This document shows positions 60,385 to 64,000 of a stretch of 64,000 nucleotides of DNA, piece by piece; within the stretch, counting starts at the first letter, position 1, and each line of letters starts with the position of its first letter. A model generated the notes under the pieces. The model did no database searches. It was not told where the DNA came from and saw only the letters and a list, made by a program, of their open reading frames with translations. The stretch comes from Candidatus Hydrogenedentota bacterium (lineage in GTDB: Bacteria > Hydrogenedentota > Hydrogenedentia > Hydrogenedentales > CAITNO01): assembly GCA_029776995.1 (NCBI GenBank), contig JAKOTZ010000197.1, forward strand, positions 168 through 64,167, read 5' to 3'. A program made the translations under genes and the position numbers.

Positions 60385-62315
60385 GGCTGCTTTTCCCCTC
60401 CGGCGTTGCGTCGGCGCGGGGATTTCGGAGCTCCCCCATTTTCGCCGTTGGACGGTTGCCCTTCCTGCTGCGCGCCGGAATCCGGGCGTTCCAGCAGTAC
60501 GGTTTCGCCGGGCGTCAGCCCTTCCGTGATTTCGACCAGCGACGCGCTGAACGCGCCGGTCTTCACCGGCCGTTTCTCGGCGCCGGTCAGCGTTTTGACG
60601 TAACACACGGTCTGGCCGTCTTCCAGCGATACCGCCTGGAGCGGAACCTGTATCACGTCCTCCAGCCGACGCGTCACGATCTCCGCGCTGGCGGTCATGC
60701 CGGGCCGGAGCCACGGGTGGCTCCCCTCGATTTCGATTACCGTCGTGTAGACCTTCAGGTCCGGATTCATCCACCGGTTCTGCGGGTCGGGAAGCACGGA
60801 TATGCTGCTGACCCGCCCTTTCAGCATCTCGGTCGGCCGCGCGTCCACCCGGATCCGCGCCTCCTGGCCCGGCTGGATCTGCTCCACGAAGGCCTCGTGG
60901 ATCCGCACCTTCACCGTCATCACCGTCGTGTCCGGTATCGTGATCAGCACCTGCCGCTCCCGGACGCTCGCCCCCTCTTCGATTACGTCTCCGCCCATCG
61001 TGCGCTCCCCCGTACCATACAGCACCATCCCGGGACGCGTCGCCCGGATGACGCACTTGTCGATCTGGTCCAGCGTCTCTTCCAGTTTCTTCTTCTGCAG
61101 CATGTGCCGTATCCGCGCCGAATTCAGTTTCGACTCTGCCTGGGCCAGTTCGGATACCGCCCGTTTTTTCGCGCGGTCCAGATTCCGCAGCGCCTGCTCG
61201 TAGTCGCTGACCAGTTTCTCCACCTGTTTGGGAAGCTCATACTTCAGAAACAGCGCCTTGCTGGTCTCCGCCGCCTGCGACGCCACCAGTTTCCGGTTGT
61301 ACGCCAGCTCGTCGTTGTCCAGCTGGTTTTTGGTGACGAAATCCTTCGCGAACAGCCGACGGGTTCCCTCCAGTTTGGTCTCCGCGAGCCCCAGCTCCTG
61401 CCGGGCCAGCGCGACGTCGTTCTCCAGCTGGCGCATCTTCTGCATCGCGTCCCCGTCTCCGTAACGGGATGGGTCCAGAAACGCGCTCAGGTCAATCGAC
61501 GCGGTGAAGGATTCTTCCGCCGACGCTGCCTCGGGTTTCTCTTCAGGGGATCCGGTGTCGGCGGGTTCCGGTTCGGAATCGGAAGGCTGGGCGGATGGGG
61601 TTTCCCGGGGAGGCGCGTCCGCTTCCTTTATTTCCCCGTTTCCTGCGGCATCTCCCGGCTGGGCGTGTTCCGTGGATTTGCCTTCAGGCGGTTGCGGAGC
61701 AGGGGAAGAAGCAGAAGCCTCTTTTTCCTGGTTATTTCGTTTCGTGCGCCGTTTTTCTTCCCGCTGGTTCCGCTCGGCGATCCGGTCCTGCAGCTGTTTG
61801 GCAATTTCCGCCGCCAGGTTTTCCCCTATATATTTCGCCAGGTCCATCTGGGCGAATTTCACGGCCAGCTCCGCGGATTTGATGGCCGATTCATTATCGA
61901 TCAGCTGGATTTCGTAGCGCTCCTGAGCGTCAGTCAGGGCGGACAGCGTGTTCTGAAATTCGAGTTCCTGCGATACCCGCTGATCTTCCAGGTCTTTGGA
62001 GTCAAGGGTCATCAGGGGTTTGCGGTTCTTTACGTCTTCCTCGGTGATTAAGTACCCTTCTTCGACCAGCGTCAGAATCCTTGTACCTCCTTTCACTTCG
62101 CATTTGATCTGCTGGGATTCTTTGGCCTCGACCGTGCCGCCCTCTGCCACGGTGATTTCCAGGGGGCCCCGCGTCACGGGCGCGGTCAGGACTGTGCCGG
62201 CGGACCGGTTGCGGCCCTGCCACCACCGCCAGCCGCCGTAACCGGCGAGGATCAGCGCGCCGAGCAGGAGCAGCAGCCCCCAGCGTATTTTCCCTTCCCG
62301 TTTACTTCGTCGCAT
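60381..62315 (-). CDS. Efflux periplasmic adaptor subunit (HlyD/MacA family) with a Glu/Pro/Ser-rich low-complexity insert of about 130 aa
   Basis: N-terminal membrane anchor, coiled-coil region, and beta-barrel/MP domains at the C-terminus. Confidence 0.75.
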   Translation of the reverse strand: MRRSKREGKIRWGLLLLLGALILAGYGGWRWWQGRNRSAGTVLTAPVTRGPLEITVAEGGTVEAKESQQIKCEVKGGTRILTLVEEGYLITEEDVKNRKPLMTLDSKDLEDQRVSQELEFQNTLSALTDAQERYEIQLIDNESAIKSAELAVKFAQMDLAKYIGENLAAEIAKQLQDRIAERNQREEKRRTKRNNQEKEASASSPAPQPPEGKSTEHAQPGDAAGNGEIKEADAPPRETPSAQPSDSEPEPADTGSPEEKPEAASAEESFTASIDLSAFLDPSRYGDGDAMQKMRQLENDVALARQELGLAETKLEGTRRLFAKDFVTKNQLDNDELAYNRKLVASQAAETSKALFLKYELPKQVEKLVSDYEQALRNLDRAKKRAVSELAQAESKLNSARIRHMLQKKKLEETLDQIDKCVIRATRPGMVLYGTGERTMGGDVIEEGASVRERQVLITIPDTTVMTVKVRIHEAFVEQIQPGQEARIRVDARPTEMLKGRVSSISVLPDPQNRWMNPDLKVYTTVIEIEGSHPWLRPGMTASAEIVTRRLEDVIQVPLQAVSLEDGQTVCYVKTLTGAEKRPVKTGAFSASLVEITEGLTPGETVLLERPDSGAQQEGQPSNGENGGAPKSPRRRNAGGEKQP

Positions 62316-64000
62316 CTCCGGAACCTTCCGTAATCGTTGCGGCCGGCGCCGCGGAATCAGGCAGCATCTGTTCCGCTTCTTCCCACAGCCCGTTCGGTTT
62401 GATATACAGCAGCCCCAGGCTTTTCCAGAAAGACAGGCGGGCCACCGTATGGCTGATCAGCGCCGTCGTCAGCGCGTTCTGGGACTGGATCAGGTCGTTC
62501 TGGGCGTCCACCTGGTCCTGGGCCGTAGCCTGGCCCAGCTCCGCCAGCAGGTTCTGCTCCTCCACGCGCCGTTCGGCCAGCTGGACGCTTTGCAGCGCCG
62601 TCTCGTAGTTCATCCGCGCCTGTTCCAGGGTCCGCCACGCCTCCCGGACCTCCAGTTTTACCTGGTCCCGCGCCAGGTCCGCCTCGCGTTTCGCCGCTTC
62701 GTGCTGGATCAGGGCCGACCGGTAGGCGTTGCGCACCGCCTTGCGGTCGAACAGCGGATCCACATCCAGCCCCACGTTCCAGGCCATCCGCTGAAAATCG
62801 AATTTGGTGAACGCGTTGCTGTCCGGCGTGCTGTTTACCCGCGCCCCCGCCACCAGGTCCACCCGCGGCAGCAGCGCGTTTTCAGCGACCCGCACCCGCC
62901 GGGCGGCATCTTCCACCGCGTCCAGTTTGTTCAGCAGGTCCAGCCGGGCGGCCAGCGCCACTTCCGCGCCCTCTTCCGGCTTGATGGCCGGATGGGTCAG
63001 GCCCTCCTCCCGCAGTCGGGCCAGTTCCCCGTCATCGAGCACCACCCGGGCGTCCGTGGACAGCCCCAGCTTGATTTTGAACGAATCCAGGTCTTCCAGG
63101 TACTGCCGCACCGCGTTGGTGTAGCGGGATTCGTTGTCCAGCTGGGCCTGGCGGATCCGGCCCAGTTCCGCCTGCGTCCGTAGCCCTTCCTGCGCGAACG
63201 CCTGTTCCCGTTCCACGCTTTTCCGGAAGTTTTGCAGGCCCCGCCACGTGTTTCGGACGATATCCCGCTGCCGGAGCACCCCATAATAATTCGAGCAGAT
63301 TTCCACGGCGAATTCTTTCCGGAACTGGGTGTAGTCCCGCAGGGCATACAGCACGTTGCGTTCCGACTGGGTCAGCTGTTCCCGGGCGGCTTCCCCTGAG
63401 CCCTCCAGCAGCGGCTGGACCAGCGAGAAACTCAGCGCGCTGGAGGCTTCTTCCCGGGGATCGCCCGTCAGGAAGCGCAGGAAGTTGCTCGTGATTGTGG
63501 CGGCGATCCTGCCCCCGCCCCGGGTCAGCAGCGACACCCCCGCGCTGGCCTTTCCCGTGGCCTGGCGTTCATCGACGATCACGGTCCGCGTTCCCGTGAC
63601 GCCGGCGATATCTCCAGCCGACTCCACCACGTCCGCGTAAGCCCGGAGCAGCGCCGCCGGCGTGCCGGTCAGCCGCTCAAGCTGCGGAACCGCCGAACGC
63701 CACGCCTCCAGGACCCGGGAATAGTCCGTGGGTACCGTCACGTCCCGCGTGCTCCGGTTGTAGTTGCCGGTCGCCTCTCCGGAAAAGATCGGCGCGTACC
63801 GGTGGCGGTCCAGCGTCAGGTTCAGCGCCTTGAGAAATACCGACTCCCGGGCCGACTGGTACGAACGGTTCCCCCGGGTGGCCAGGATGACCGCGTTTTC
63901 GAGCGACAGCACCGCGCAGCCCCGCTCGTCCGGCATGCCGTCTCCCAGGTCCGGGTCCTGGTCAGTCACCCGGGGACACTGGTCCAGAAAAGCCGCGATA
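62302..64000 (-). CDS. TolC-family outer-membrane efflux protein, 5'-partial; the frame is open to the window end
   Basis: Duplicated TolC coiled-coil and beta repeats. There is no stop codon upstream of the GTG at 63969 before the window edge. Confidence 0.75.
   Translation of the reverse strand, partial: IAAFLDQCPRVTDQDPDLGDGMPDERGCAVLSLENAVILATRGNRSYQSARESVFLKALNLTLDRHRYAPIFSGEATGNYNRSTRDVTVPTDYSRVLEAWRSAVPQLERLTGTPAALLRAYADVVESAGDIAGVTGTRTVIVDERQATGKASAGVSLLTRGGGRIAATITSNFLRFLTGDPREEASSALSFSLVQPLLEGSGEAAREQLTQSERNVLYALRDYTQFRKEFAVEICSNYYGVLRQRDIVRNTWRGLQNFRKSVEREQAFAQEGLRTQAELGRIRQAQLDNESRYTNAVRQYLEDLDSFKIKLGLSTDARVVLDDGELARLREEGLTHPAIKPEEGAEVALAARLDLLNKLDAVEDAARRVRVAENALLPRVDLVAGARVNSTPDSNAFTKFDFQRMAWNVGLDVDPLFDRKAVRNAYRSALIQHEAAKREADLARDQVKLEVREAWRTLEQARMNYETALQSVQLAERRVEEQNLLAELGQATAQDQVDAQNDLIQSQNALTTALISHTVARLSFWKSLGLLYIKPNGLWEEAEQMLPDSAAPAATITEGSGDATK

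Noticed and set aside
60385-61056. Arg/Gly-rich N-terminal extension of about 225 aa on the ABC ATPase ORF
   Set aside because: It is low-complexity, it overlaps the macA-like gene in another frame, and a GTG start coupled to the upstream stop codon gives a canonical-length ATPase.

Overview
This is a GC-rich (~65%) chromosomal segment. It is probably from a PVC-superphylum bacterium (Verrucomicrobia, Lentisphaerae or Planctomycetes-like); that assignment is inference from a DUF1559 prepilin-like protein, a Ser/Thr-kinase–FGE fusion and several TAT-signal Gfo/Idh/MocA oxidoreductases. The window is densely coding, with about 55 genes. Recognisable genes include lipB, mntP, tatC and tatA, tyrS, a threonine aldolase, an IHF/HU protein, a fused CoA-transferase, an aldehyde dehydrogenase, two GT4 glycosyltransferases, an MltD-like lytic transglycosylase with five LysM domains, a PilS/PilR-like two-component pair next to pilT and pilB, a MacAB-TolC-type efflux operon, a conserved DUF134/NifX-like pair, and one tRNA-Ala(GGC). 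I found no CRISPR array, IS element or integrase. The most notable observation is that three otherwise intact, well-conserved genes each carry a single in-frame TAG and nothing else wrong: a sodium:solute symporter, a TAT-signal Gfo/Idh/MocA oxidoreductase, and an MBL-fold hydrolase. Conserved protein sequence continues in the same frame on both sides in every case. The second notable item is a 963-aa protein that joins a GspE-N/MshEN-like domain to a DnaA domain-III AAA+ module with no DNA-binding domain IV, sitting directly next to pilB and pilT. Other items worth a second look are a secreted triple EF-hand repeat protein flanked by an orphan histidine kinase and a CheY-like regulator, a novel 28-aa-repeat secreted protein, and a His-rich NifX-like protein.
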